DNA of 64,000 nucleotides from an uncultured delta proteobacterium. GTDB taxonomy: Bacteria > Desulfobacterota > RBG-13-43-22. Every line of letters begins with the position of its first letter. Position 1 is the first letter of the stretch. Shown here one piece after another: positions 49,497 to 59,575 of this stretch. A model generated the notes under the pieces. That model did no database searches, had not been told where the DNA came from, and worked only from the letters and a program-made list of their open reading frames with translations. Where the stretch lies: the NCBI GenBank assembly GCA_963743305.1, contig CAVUPH010000017.1:1-64000 (forward strand). Reading direction: 5' to 3'. The position numbers were made by a program, and so were the translations under genes.

Positions 49497-50346
49497 AGGA
49501 TAGGGCCTGACCGGGGAAGACGAAGGCGCCGGATACGGGCTGCTGGAAGGCACCGGTCGGTATCGAGGCCTTGAAGGGGTGAAGGCCCCCGAGGTGGCGG
49601 GACTGACAGCCGGGGTCCCCGACGAGGGAAGACCACTCATCGTTGCCGGCGGGGGTGCCGGGCTGGTGGTGGAAGGGGGCGTCTGGGAGGCGACCGGTCG
49701 AGATCTGGTATTCGGGCCCGATCGGGGGGGTCCCGGGACGGGAAGGGGCAGGTTGGGTCCCCGGACGGGGGGGCGTCCCCGGTGCGACCCCGGGAGCGGG
49801 TTTGGTATGATCCGGGATACCTTCCCTGGCCTTGGGGGCCTGGGCATCGTTTAAATAAACAGTCATGGTCTCTTCCCCCCGGTTCATCACCACCCGGTCA
49901 TTGAACAGTTCCTTCAAGATAAATCCGCTCAGGGATTCCCCCTTTTTTAGAGCAGTCTGTCTCTTGCCCCTGCCCGGGGTCATTACCGGGGGGGCTTTCT
50001 TGTCTTCCAAATAGGCAATCCCCAAATCACCGGTTATCAGGGTTCCGTAAAGAACAAATTCCGGTTTCGGCAAAGGGGCCTCGGCCTTTTTTTCCGGGGG
50101 TATCTTTCTTTCGGGGTGAAATAGATTTTGGTCGGCGATTACGGTGTATTCCACGGGATTAAGCGCCTGTTGAGTTGGCGGTTCCGTTTCGGTTTTTCCT
50201 GGGGCCGATGGTTTAACCGGCGGAAGTGAGTAAGCTACCGGCATATCCATTAGTGGAAACAAGAGGTAGTAGGCAAAATAAAGGATCAGGCCCAATAGCC
50301 CCAGGTTAATCACGTTGATGTTACGGAGAAACTTATTAGAGGTCAT
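49494..50346 (-). CDS. GspC-like T2SS component, probable frameshift in the run near 49725
   Basis: N-terminal TM, I...NLFHPER, LYGT, GE...GF.L....DRV; Pro/Ser tail continues in the 49494 frame. Confidence 0.7.
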
Positions 50347-50349
50347 GCC

Positions 50350-50991
50350 TTAACTCCCATAGAGGGCCGCCACGTCCAGCTTAACCACCAATTCCCGAGG
50401 CTCTTTAAGATTGCGGACCCGGGAATCCACTTCCCGAACTACCAGGTAAGGGGTTCGGGATTCAATAAAGAAAAGGATGTCCCGCAGGGCGGCCGAATCC
50501 GGCACTACGATATCCAAGCTCACGTTAATCACTTTGAATTTCCCTTCCCCTTCCGGTTTGGCCTTTTTGGAAGGGGGCACCTTCCTTTCTTTGGCCCCGT
50601 TAGCCGGTTTTTCGACGGCCGCGGGTTCCTGGTAAACGATGTCCTCCACTTTGCCTACCCGGGCGCTGGAGACGGTACCGCCGCGATTGGCGACAATGCC
50701 CTTGATGGTGTCTTGCAGGGCGGCGGAGGCCAAAGAAGGCATCTCTCCGGCAATGAGCTTGGTGTTGTCGGCCTTTCTCTCTTCCTTGAGCGTTTGAAGC
50801 TGATTTTCCAGGCCCGGTTTCTCGGAAATGATCGCCAGCGTTTTTTTCAACGTCTTAATTTTGGCCGCTTGTTCTTCTTTGATGCCTGATAAATCCTCCT
50901 GAATCCGCAGGTACCCGTATTCATAAACCACCCCTCCGGCCAGCAAGACCAAAATCGGGATGGCCAGCAGCAGCCATTTGCTTTTAGGCAT
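50350..50991 (-). CDS. GspM-like T2SS component
   Basis: TM plus coiled coil, A.A.LQ, L..IE...PYL; position after GspL. Confidence 0.75.
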   Translation of the reverse strand: MPKSKWLLLAIPILVLLAGGVVYEYGYLRIQEDLSGIKEEQAAKIKTLKKTLAIISEKPGLENQLQTLKEERKADNTKLIAGEMPSLASAALQDTIKGIVANRGGTVSSARVGKVEDIVYQEPAAVEKPANGAKERKVPPSKKAKPEGEGKFKVINVSLDIVVPDSAALRDILFFIESRTPYLVVREVDSRVRNLKEPRELVVKLDVAALYGS

Positions 50992-50992
50992 C

Positions 50993-52489
50993 TTAAAGTC
51001 CCTCGATCTCCATTTTGATTTGGAAGCGATCCTGATTCAGTTTGGGGTCCCGATAGGTGGGGGAAGCGAATTCCACTTTCTCAAAATAGGGAGAGGCCTC
51101 CAGTTTCGGTACCAGCAAGGTGGCCGACGGGGCGTACCCTTCAATATTCACTTGCTTCTCGGAAATCCGAACCCGAGTAAGCCAGGCATCCTTGGGGATG
51201 GTCAGGGTCAATTCCCTTAAAAGACTGATAGCCGTCCGACGAGAATATTTGAAATCACTGATGATGTTTCGCTCCTTGGTAATGGCAGTAATGTCCTTTT
51301 TAAGGGACTCAACCTTTTTCACTTCTCCCTTCTTCTGGATAATCTGCTTATCAATCAGGGCCAGTCGCTGGGTTTCTATCTTGACCGGGGTAACCCAGTA
51401 AAAAGCGGTCATGACCATTAAACCCAGCAGCAGGGGAATGGTCAACCAGAAAGGGGCCTTGATACCCTGCCGGACCCCCCTGGTTATTAGATTCAGGTCA
51501 TCCGCCCCCCTCCAAAGAAAGGACAGCCATCCGCCCAAGGCCGGGTAGGAAACGCTTCGGGGGTTCCCGGGCAAAGGCAGACGCAGGTTCATTTCGTCAG
51601 AGAAAACAACCGGCCGGGTTAGGCGCAACTTGACCATTTCCTTTAAAGTCGGATTGGGTTCCGCCAGGTGAAAAAAAACCGGTCGGGGAGGACTGGCCAA
51701 GGCTTGATTCGGAAGAAGCTTTTCCAGAGTATCCACCAATTGGTCGGTTTTAGTTTTCTCATCTGCTGAATCAAAACTTCCCGTCAGGACCGCGGAAATA
51801 CCCTGCTTCTGAAATAGGGCGCCTTCATAGCCCTTTTCTTGGACTTCCAGATAGCAGGCCTCCGGTCCCAGGGCCTGATAATGCCAGAGGGTCTCCATTC
51901 CCACCAGATGCACGGTCAGGCCGCCTACCCGAAGCCCTTTTCCCCGAAAGGCCTCCAGGTAAGGGTCGATCCGGTCTGCTCGGGCCGCGATGACTAGCAG
52001 GGAGATCTTTTCCTCATTCCGGGATTGTATCTTAAAGTCAAAATAGACTTCCTCGGGGGTAAAGGGGGTGATCCGATCCATCTCCGAGGCCACGACTACA
52101 GGCAAGTTCTCCAGGGTGCTGACCGGGAATTCCACGGTTTTGATGACGGCCCAGGGTTTGGGCACGGATAAGACGATTTCGGTTTTCAGGGCGTTTCGTT
52201 CGGTGAGGTATACGGCCACCGAAGAGGCCAGGGCCTCCGGCGGCGGATAGCCTTCCTCTTCGTAGGTCAGGGGTCGCTGATCTCTAATTTTCAGACGGGA
52301 GAATAACCGGGTCCCCAGGACCAGGGCGGCGCCCTTCGCCTCAAGGGCCACACAGAGCATTTTCCGGTAGGCGATGGACGGGTCCGCCGGACTAAAGGAT
52401 AGAATCCGCCAGGCATATTCCCCGACCCGAGCCAGCAGGGATCCAACCTTGGTTATTGCGGCCGAGGCCTTATTAAAATTAAAATCCAT
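50993..52489 (-). CDS. GspL/PilN-like T2SS component
   Basis: TPF...VYFD actin-like domain, TM, ELT..IP..AWL, IEGYA. Confidence 0.8.
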   Translation of the reverse strand: MDFNFNKASAAITKVGSLLARVGEYAWRILSFSPADPSIAYRKMLCVALEAKGAALVLGTRLFSRLKIRDQRPLTYEEEGYPPPEALASSVAVYLTERNALKTEIVLSVPKPWAVIKTVEFPVSTLENLPVVVASEMDRITPFTPEEVYFDFKIQSRNEEKISLLVIAARADRIDPYLEAFRGKGLRVGGLTVHLVGMETLWHYQALGPEACYLEVQEKGYEGALFQKQGISAVLTGSFDSADEKTKTDQLVDTLEKLLPNQALASPPRPVFFHLAEPNPTLKEMVKLRLTRPVVFSDEMNLRLPLPGNPRSVSYPALGGWLSFLWRGADDLNLITRGVRQGIKAPFWLTIPLLLGLMVMTAFYWVTPVKIETQRLALIDKQIIQKKGEVKKVESLKKDITAITKERNIISDFKYSRRTAISLLRELTLTIPKDAWLTRVRISEKQVNIEGYAPSATLLVPKLEASPYFEKVEFASPTYRDPKLNQDRFQIKMEIEGL

Positions 52490-52495
52490 GAGTGA

Positions 52496-53482
52496 TTACT
52501 TCGAAGCCCCTTCTTCGGCCTTTATTATAACCGGATTTTTGTAAGAAAGGTAGCGATATTGGTTGTTCCCCTCCAGGGTCACTTTGGCTTGGATCCCGTA
52601 CCCGGCCTGGCCGTCTTTTTTGTAGCCCCGGGATTCGATGGTAAAGGTATTACCCACAGCCACGGTCACATAAGGGGCCATCTGGGCTTGGGCCTCGCCC
52701 AGCAGACCGGCGATTTCCTGAAGGCTCTTGATCTCCTTTTCCTGGCGGTAGGCCGCCACCGCCTCCGCTATTTCCGGGGTCATTCCGGGAAGGGCCAGCA
52801 GCACCGGTTTGGTGGCGGCATTTAGATTTATTTTATTGGTCTTGGCCTGGACGGTTAGAAAATCTATCAGCCCGGGTTTTTGGTCATTCCCGTATAAAAT
52901 TTCTGCGGTAACCCCCTTTACCAGAATCAGTTCCTCCACGGTGTCAAAATTGCCGTTCTTGGCCTTATAAGGATGGGGAAGGGACTGGTAATAATCGCTT
53001 TCCGCCCCCTGGAGGCGATGAAAATCGTCCGGGTCTTTCCAATCCAGGATGGAATCCACTATGGTATTCACCAGCAAATCTTTGTCCTCACCGGGCAGGT
53101 CCAGGCTGTTCAGCAAACTTCGTAAGATTACCTCGGGTGCCAGATTCAAATCAATTTTTCCCGACTCATCCAGCAGGCGTACCCGATAATATCCTCCTCC
53201 CAGGACGTCGACCTGCTCGGTCCCGTCGATCCTCCAGGGGTCCTGTTCTTCCTCTCCGAGGTTTTGGGGGTTTTGCTTTCGGTAAAAGAGCTCCATGATG
53301 GCCCGTTCGATCCCCGCCTCGGCCAGAAATTTGTTCTCCCAGCCTTCTTTGAAGGCCCGACTGGAAAAGGATTCCGTTCGGGCCAGGTAGGAAAAAGAAA
53401 AGACAATCACCATCAGGATGGTTAAGATCCACAAGACCATCATTAGGGCAAAGCCTTTTTGTTGGAAAAGAATCGAACGCAA
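52496..53482 (-). CDS. gspK: T2SS minor pseudopilin K
   Basis: GFALMMVLW, DESGKIDLN, I.DW.D.DD, EEL.LVKG. Confidence 0.9.
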   Translation of the reverse strand: MRSILFQQKGFALMMVLWILTILMVIVFSFSYLARTESFSSRAFKEGWENKFLAEAGIERAIMELFYRKQNPQNLGEEEQDPWRIDGTEQVDVLGGGYYRVRLLDESGKIDLNLAPEVILRSLLNSLDLPGEDKDLLVNTIVDSILDWKDPDDFHRLQGAESDYYQSLPHPYKAKNGNFDTVEELILVKGVTAEILYGNDQKPGLIDFLTVQAKTNKINLNAATKPVLLALPGMTPEIAEAVAAYRQEKEIKSLQEIAGLLGEAQAQMAPYVTVAVGNTFTIESRGYKKDGQAGYGIQAKVTLEGNNQYRYLSYKNPVIIKAEEGASK

Positions 53483-53491
53483 GCGATCACC

Positions 53492-54214
53492 TTATTTTTT
53501 TGAAGGCGTCACGGGTGCCACCGGGGCGGCCGGGACGCCCGGCAGGGCAAAGGGGGGTGCCGGAGCGCTCAGGCTGCCCCGTCCCTTGAGCGGTATAATC
53601 CAATCCAGGGCACTATGATCCAAGCGCACATGGAACTTGATCTTTTCCAATTGATCCGTGGTGGCCACGGCGGTGTCATCCACCCATTCATCCACCCAGC
53701 GGCCCGGATCATCTTTCGGGTCTTTGGAAGTATCTCGGATGAAATATTCAAAATAGAACTCGGCGACCCGGTCCAGCATTCGGGTTTCCCGGCTGTTTTC
53801 CTGGCCGATGATATTTTCTTTAACCCACAAGGTCTGGCGACCGTCGGCTTCCGGGGAAACTTGATAGTGGACGACCACATACCCTTTTTCACCTCCCCAG
53901 ATGGAATAATTGGTGGCCATATCCAAAAAGGTTCTCCCCCCTCGAAAATAATACTTTTTGTCGGCGTTTTCATAGTAGGTCAGAGGGATCTCCGACTGGA
54001 TCTGGGATTCCAGGATCGTGATGGCATTTCGGATCCGCTCCAGCGATTCCGCTTTTTTCTCGCCGGCTTCCACCGACCGGAACCCGAGACGCAGGGCGCC
54101 AACGACAATTAAGATGATCATGGAGATAATGATCACGGAGAGCAATAATTCCAGGAGAGTGAAACCCGGGGGGCCTTTTTTTCGAGCCGGGGAGGGGGTC
54201 ATGGAAGAGCCCAT
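53492..54214 (-). CDS. gspJ: T2SS minor pseudopilin J-like
   Basis: GFTLLELL prepilin motif; gene order. Confidence 0.75.
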   Translation of the reverse strand: MGSSMTPSPARKKGPPGFTLLELLLSVIIISMIILIVVGALRLGFRSVEAGEKKAESLERIRNAITILESQIQSEIPLTYYENADKKYYFRGGRTFLDMATNYSIWGGEKGYVVVHYQVSPEADGRQTLWVKENIIGQENSRETRMLDRVAEFYFEYFIRDTSKDPKDDPGRWVDEWVDDTAVATTDQLEKIKFHVRLDHSALDWIIPLKGRGSLSAPAPPFALPGVPAAPVAPVTPSKK

Positions 54215-54621
54215 TAAATTTCTTTCTTGACCAACTTCAGCGTTTCAAAGGTCATGGACCGGGTCCGCTTCCCCTTGGTCCACTGAATGGTTAGGGCAAT
54301 ATCCAGGAGTTTAACCGGGAGCAGTTCCGTTCGCTCCGTCAAGCTCTCTTTGACGGCGATATCCAACCGGTAACCCTCAGGGGAGATCTCGGTCCAAGAC
54401 TTTTCATCCAGATCTTTATCGTCCAGCAGGGCCCTCATTTTAGCGGCCCCTTGGAGCGAGGCCGACACATAGTCTTCCGAAGCAGAGAGGGCCCGCAGGT
54501 TGGCTGAAAATAATTGGAAAACGACCGTAACGGCGATCCCCAGGATCGCTAAGGCTACCAGCACTTCCAAAAGGGTAAATCCCTTATCCTGGTTCAAGCG
54601 GGTCTCCGGAGAAGGGGTCAT
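54214..54621 (-). CDS. gspI: T2SS minor pseudopilin I-like
   Basis: GFTLLEVLVALAI; gene order. Confidence 0.8.
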   Translation of the reverse strand: MTPSPETRLNQDKGFTLLEVLVALAILGIAVTVVFQLFSANLRALSASEDYVSASLQGAAKMRALLDDKDLDEKSWTEISPEGYRLDIAVKESLTERTELLPVKLLDIALTIQWTKGKRTRSMTFETLKLVKKEI

Positions 54622-54623
54622 GT

Positions 54624-55070
54624 CTAGCGAAGCACCACGGAACCGACGATGGGGTCCAATTGGATCTGAATGGTTCGTTTCTTAGAGGACAAAAAGAAGG
54701 TCGCTCCCTCAAGCCCCAGCTGGCTCTCCACCACCATCTGATATTTTCCGGTATGGATTTCTCCCTGGTAAGGATCCACGATCTTGAGGACCAGTTGGGC
54801 CGGGATTTTCTTGGAAGGGTGCCCGCTCAGACCGTATTCCCGCCCGTCCAGATCAAAGGTCAGCACCTGCCGGCTATCGCTGATCCGGGCCAGGGATCGG
54901 GCGTAGCGGATGGTGGCCGATAACTCCCGGGCGGTGGCCGTTAACCGCCCGGAGGCCAGGGTCTGGGCGAAGAAAAGGGTCGTTAAGCCCAACAGCAGAG
55001 TCGCCAGAAAAAGGACGATGGTGATCTCGATCAAGGTAAAACCGTTTTTATTTTTTCCGGGAGACGTCAA
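54624..55070 (-). CDS. gspH: T2SS minor pseudopilin H-like
   Basis: GFTLIE, A.EL...IRYARS.A; TTG start. Confidence 0.78.
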   Translation of the reverse strand: MTSPGKNKNGFTLIEITIVLFLATLLLGLTTLFFAQTLASGRLTATARELSATIRYARSLARISDSRQVLTFDLDGREYGLSGHPSKKIPAQLVLKIVDPYQGEIHTGKYQMVVESQLGLEGATFFLSSKKRTIQIQLDPIVGSVVLR

Positions 55071-55269
55071 TTATGATAACCTCGCGAAAAGTCCAAAACG
55101 ACTTTCCGCTCGGCGGGGGAGGGCTTCCCCTCCCCCGCCATTTGAAGTGAATTCAAATGGTTCCACCCCCACCCCAGCCCGGCGCTTAATCGCGCTCGGG
55201 CTATTGACGGACTTCTGGCGAGTCCGTCAATTATGATAACCTCACGAAAAGTCCCAAAACGACTTTTCG
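55066..55269. mobile_element. Tandem MITE copies between gspF and gspH
   Basis: GTCAATTATGATAACCTCRCGAAAAGTCC at 55066 and 55226; CGAAAAGTC/GACTTTTCG ends of the same family as 19079. Confidence 0.7.
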
Positions 55270-56463
55270 CTAAAAAGGCAAGTCGGTAATGGAGAAAATA
55301 GCCGTCAACATGGATAGGACGATAAAACCGATCACTATGCCCATCAGCAGAATAAGGGCCGGCTCCAAAAAACTGATGAAGCGTTTGACGGCCACCCGCA
55401 GGCTTTTTTCGTAGGTGGCGGCCACCTTCATCAGCATGGTATCGAGTTGTCCGGTTTCTTCTCCGACCTTAACCATGGACAGGGCCAGCGGCGGGAGGAC
55501 GTTGGCCGCGGCCAAGGGAAGGGACATGCCCCGTCCTTCTTTAACCCCTTTGGAGACGCGATCGATAGCCTCGGCAATTACCTGATTGCCGATAACCTCT
55601 TTGGCGTTGTTCAAGGCCTGTAAGAGAGGGACCCCGCTTTTCAGCAGCGTCCCCAAGGTCCGGCAAAAACGGGCCGTTTCCAATTTGGTGATTAAGTCCC
55701 TTAATATTCTTAATTTGAATCGATCCCAGCGCAGCCGTCCGGCGGGGGAACCGATATTTTTTTTAAACAGGATCCCCAGGGTAACGGGGACCGCGATCAT
55801 CAGCCACCAGTAATCCCGCAATCCCTGACTGAAGGCCAGCAATACCTGGGTCGGCAAAGGCATGGCGCCCCCCAGTTCCGAAAAGATCACCGAAAATTTG
55901 GGCAGTACGTAGGTCAATAATACGATGATCGATATGCCGCCGGTTCCGAGAAGGATCAGCGGGTAAATCATGGAGGAGAACACACTGTCGCGAAGCTCCT
56001 TGCTCGTCTCCAGAAAATCATTCAATTTTTCCAGGACGGCGTCCAATACCCCGCCCGACTCTCCGGCGCGGACCATATTGACATAAAGCCGGGAGAACAT
56101 TCTCGGGTGGCGCTGCAAGGCGTCCGAAAAGGAACTGCCTTCGCGAATGGATTTCAAAATGCCCTGGACGATGGCCCGGGTCTCCGGTTTTTCCAATATT
56201 TCAGCCAGGATGTTCAGACTGCGATCCAAGGGCAGGCCGGCGTTGAGCAGGACGGACAATTCCGTGGTAAAGGTCAATAAGTCCCCCTTGGCCGAACGCC
56301 AGGAAAGCTTTCTTTTGAGACCTTCCTGGGCGCTGGAAATCTTAAGGGGGATTAAACCGGAAACTTTAAGCCGCTCCAGGGCCGCCTTTTGATCCGCCGC
56401 CTCAATGGCCCCTTCCAGGATTTCTCCTTTCAGGGATGTCGCCCGATAGGAATAAATGGCCAT
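55270..56463 (-). CDS. gspF: T2SS inner membrane platform protein
   Basis: AGLPL, AGE.GG.L, MIYP, SGVPL, GEETG.L, LEP. Confidence 0.93.
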   Translation of the reverse strand: MAIYSYRATSLKGEILEGAIEAADQKAALERLKVSGLIPLKISSAQEGLKRKLSWRSAKGDLLTFTTELSVLLNAGLPLDRSLNILAEILEKPETRAIVQGILKSIREGSSFSDALQRHPRMFSRLYVNMVRAGESGGVLDAVLEKLNDFLETSKELRDSVFSSMIYPLILLGTGGISIIVLLTYVLPKFSVIFSELGGAMPLPTQVLLAFSQGLRDYWWLMIAVPVTLGILFKKNIGSPAGRLRWDRFKLRILRDLITKLETARFCRTLGTLLKSGVPLLQALNNAKEVIGNQVIAEAIDRVSKGVKEGRGMSLPLAAANVLPPLALSMVKVGEETGQLDTMLMKVAATYEKSLRVAVKRFISFLEPALILLMGIVIGFIVLSMLTAIFSITDLPF

Positions 56464-57990
56464 TTAGATCTCTTGGGTTACCCGCAGGACCTCAGCGAGG
56501 GTACTTTTTTGAGCCCGGACCTTATCCACCCCGTCTTCCAATAAGGTCCGCATCCCTTTATTTCTCGCCACTTCCCGCATTTCGGTGGCATCGGTGTGCT
56601 TTAAAATCAGACGGCGGATATCCTCGTCCACCACCAGCAATTCGAAGATCCCGATCCGACCGAAATAACCGGTAAAGGAACAGATTTCACACCCCCGGCC
56701 GTGGAAGGGCGCCATAGTCTGATCGGAGGAACCTAAAAATTGGAGTTCTTCCGGGGTAAAAGCGGTGGAGTCCAACTCCTGGCAGTGGGGACAGATGACC
56801 CTGACCAAACGCTGGGCCAGGATTCCGCGGATGGTGGAGGAAAGGAGAAAATTTTCCACTCCCATATCCAGCAGCCGGGTGATGGCGCTGGGGGCGTCGT
56901 TGGTATGCAGGGTGGAGAAGACCAGATGCCCGGTCAAGGCCGATTGAATGGCAATCTCCGCGGTCTCCAGGTCCCGGATTTCTCCGATCATGATGATATC
57001 CGGGTCATGGCGAACAATGTGCCTCAGGGTAGAGGTAAAATTCAGACCGATCTGGGACTGCACCTGAATTTGGTTGATCCCCTTGAGCTGGTATTCAATC
57101 GGGTCCTCCACGGTAATAATTTTTTTATCGGGGGAATTGATTTTATCCAGTGCCCCGTAGAGGGTAGTGGTTTTCCCGCTGCCGGTAGGACCGGTTACCA
57201 GAATGATCCCGTTGGGCTTCTTGATCAACTGATTGAAGGCCTCCAGGACCGACCGCGGGAATCCGAGTTGATCCAGGTCGATGACGATGCCCTCTTTGAG
57301 CAGAATGCGCATCACCACGTCTTCCCCGTGCAGGACCGGAATGGTGGAAACCCGAAGGTCGATTTCTTTTTCCGCCACCCGCAGTTTGATGCGTCCGTCC
57401 TGGGGTAGCCTCCGCTCGGCGATATTCAATTTGGCCATGATCTTGATCCGGGAAATAATGGCGGCCTGGAGCTTTTTAGGCACCGCCTCGACGTCGTGGA
57501 GCACTCCGTCGATCCGGTAGCGAACCTTTAATTCATCTTCGAAAGGCTCGATGTGAATATCGCTGGCCCGGCTCTCCACGGCCCGGGTGATGAACATATT
57601 GACCAGCTTGATGATCGGGGCTTCCGAAGCCAGGTCTTTAAGATGACCGACATCCTCCTCATCCTCCCGAATAAATTCAAAGCCCCCTTCCCCCAAATCT
57701 TCGATCAGGCGATTGATATTTTGAGGGTCCTGACCATAAAATTTCAGGATGTAATCGTTGACGACTTGGTCTTCTCCCAAATAGATTTGGACTTCAGCCC
57801 CGGTAGCCACCTTCAGGGCATCGATGATATCGGGGTCCCCCTGTGAGGCTAGAGCCACCTTTAAAAGGTTATTCTTAAGTTCCAAAGGAATGACCTGATT
57901 TTCCCGAATAAAACGGGAAGAGAGGCCGTTCAGGACCAGGGGTACCTTCGGTAGCCGTTCCGGATCTAACGCTTGAATGGCGAGCGCCAT
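56464..57990 (-). CDS. gspE: T2SS ATPase
   Basis: ASDIH, PQDGR, GPTGSGKTT, EDPIE, GEIRD, TGHL, C..C..C..C. Confidence 0.95.
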   Translation of the reverse strand: MALAIQALDPERLPKVPLVLNGLSSRFIRENQVIPLELKNNLLKVALASQGDPDIIDALKVATGAEVQIYLGEDQVVNDYILKFYGQDPQNINRLIEDLGEGGFEFIREDEEDVGHLKDLASEAPIIKLVNMFITRAVESRASDIHIEPFEDELKVRYRIDGVLHDVEAVPKKLQAAIISRIKIMAKLNIAERRLPQDGRIKLRVAEKEIDLRVSTIPVLHGEDVVMRILLKEGIVIDLDQLGFPRSVLEAFNQLIKKPNGIILVTGPTGSGKTTTLYGALDKINSPDKKIITVEDPIEYQLKGINQIQVQSQIGLNFTSTLRHIVRHDPDIIMIGEIRDLETAEIAIQSALTGHLVFSTLHTNDAPSAITRLLDMGVENFLLSSTIRGILAQRLVRVICPHCQELDSTAFTPEELQFLGSSDQTMAPFHGRGCEICSFTGYFGRIGIFELLVVDEDIRRLILKHTDATEMREVARNKGMRTLLEDGVDKVRAQKSTLAEVLRVTQEI

Positions 57991-58144
57991 TTTAACACCT
58001 CGTTTGGGTTTGTGCCGGAACCGCGAAAAGGAGCGCCGGACTATTTAAAATTTTGGCCCTCCCGCCCCCGAAAGCGCTCGGTGACGAAAAAACCCTTAAT
58101 ATCTTTGATGAATAATATACCACAGAAGAACGGGAGATACAACC

Positions 58145-58219
58145 TTGAGGGACGGGTAGAAAGCCCGTCTCCCGGAAGGGTTCTGGATGACATCCAGGGA
58201 CTTTTCGCGGGCTTGTCAA
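58145..58219. repeat. Degenerate copy of the AAAAGTC MITE family
   Basis: Right end GGACTTTTCGCGGGCTTGTCAA; weak left end. Confidence 0.4.
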
Positions 58220-58371
58220 CCATCAGAGGGCCCCTAAACTTTTTATTGACATCCCCACTAGTCTATCCTATTTTCAAGCCTCAGTCCTGAGATTTTCAGG
58301 GTTTCGACCCTCGCCCATACCGATTTTTTATGGTCAGCCATTTTTATTCCCTCTAAGGAAAGGAAAGGTCC

Positions 58372-59523
58372 ATGGATTATTCGTTAACGATGGAACAGGA
58401 CATATTGCGGAAATCGGTCAGGGATTTTGCGGAAAAGGAGATTAAGCCCCGGGCCCGGGAGCTGGACGAAAAAGAGGAATTTTCTTATGAAACCTGCCGG
58501 CAGATGGCCAACCTGGGACTTTTCGGCATGTTTGTCTCCGAGGCCTATGGCGGCCAAGGCCTGGATTATATTTCCTATATTATTGCCGTGGAGGAAATCG
58601 CCCGAGTGGACGGCTCCCATGCCGCCACTATCGCCGCCGGCAACTCCTTGGGAATCGGCCCGCTGTATTATTATGCCAGTGAAGAACAAAAGAGAAGATA
58701 CTTGCCTAAACTCTGCAGCGGCGAGATGCTCTGGGGGTTCGGACTCACTGAACCCAACGCCGGGTCCGATGCCGGAAACACGCAAACCACGGCGGTCCTG
58801 GACGGCAATGAATGGGTGATCAACGGGAGCAAGATTTTTATTACCAATGCCTCCACCGCCATCACCGGCGGGGTGACCGTTCTCGCCCGGACGGGGGTCC
58901 GAGAAAATGGAAAAAAGGAATTAAGCTGCATCCTGGTGGAAACTGGCACCAAAGGATTCGAAGCGCGACCCATGCATGGAAAACTCATGTGGCGGGCCTC
59001 CAATACCAGTGAGCTCTATTTTGATGATTGCCGGGTCCCCAAGGATAATATCCTGGGCCCCCGGGGCGATGGCTTTCATCACATGCTGGGAACTCTGGAC
59101 GGGGGTCGACTCAGCATCGGCGCCATGGGCCTGGGCGGCGCCCAGGGTTGTTTTGACCTGGCCCTGCGCTACGGGCACGAGCGGATCCAGTTCGGAAAGC
59201 CCGTCGGTTCTTTTCAGGTGAATTCTTTTAAACTGGCCGACATGGCCTTAGAAATCGAGTGCGCCCGGTTGTTGCTTTATAAAGCCTGCTGGCTGCGGGA
59301 CAACCATAAACCCTTCGCCAAAGAAGCCGCCATGGCCAAGCTCTATTGTTCCGAGGTCATGTACCGGTGTGCCAACCATGCCGTCCAATTGCACGGCGGC
59401 TACGGCCTGATGAAAGAATACGACGTGGAGCGTTTTTATCGGGACCAGAAATTATTGGAAATCGGGGAGGGCACGTCGGAGATTCAACGGCTGGTGATCT
59501 CGCGACTGATCGGGGCTATCTAG
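58372..59523 (+). CDS. Acyl-CoA dehydrogenase
   Basis: FGLTEPNAGSD, NGSKIFITN, QLHGGYG, EIGEGTSEIQR. Confidence 0.95.
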   Translation: MDYSLTMEQDILRKSVRDFAEKEIKPRARELDEKEEFSYETCRQMANLGLFGMFVSEAYGGQGLDYISYIIAVEEIARVDGSHAATIAAGNSLGIGPLYYYASEEQKRRYLPKLCSGEMLWGFGLTEPNAGSDAGNTQTTAVLDGNEWVINGSKIFITNASTAITGGVTVLARTGVRENGKKELSCILVETGTKGFEARPMHGKLMWRASNTSELYFDDCRVPKDNILGPRGDGFHHMLGTLDGGRLSIGAMGLGGAQGCFDLALRYGHERIQFGKPVGSFQVNSFKLADMALEIECARLLLYKACWLRDNHKPFAKEAAMAKLYCSEVMYRCANHAVQLHGGYGLMKEYDVERFYRDQKLLEIGEGTSEIQRLVISRLIGAI

Positions 59524-59575
59524 AAAAGAACAGGGCGATGAAAAAACCGCTCAGCGCCCTGTTCTTTTTTTAAAG

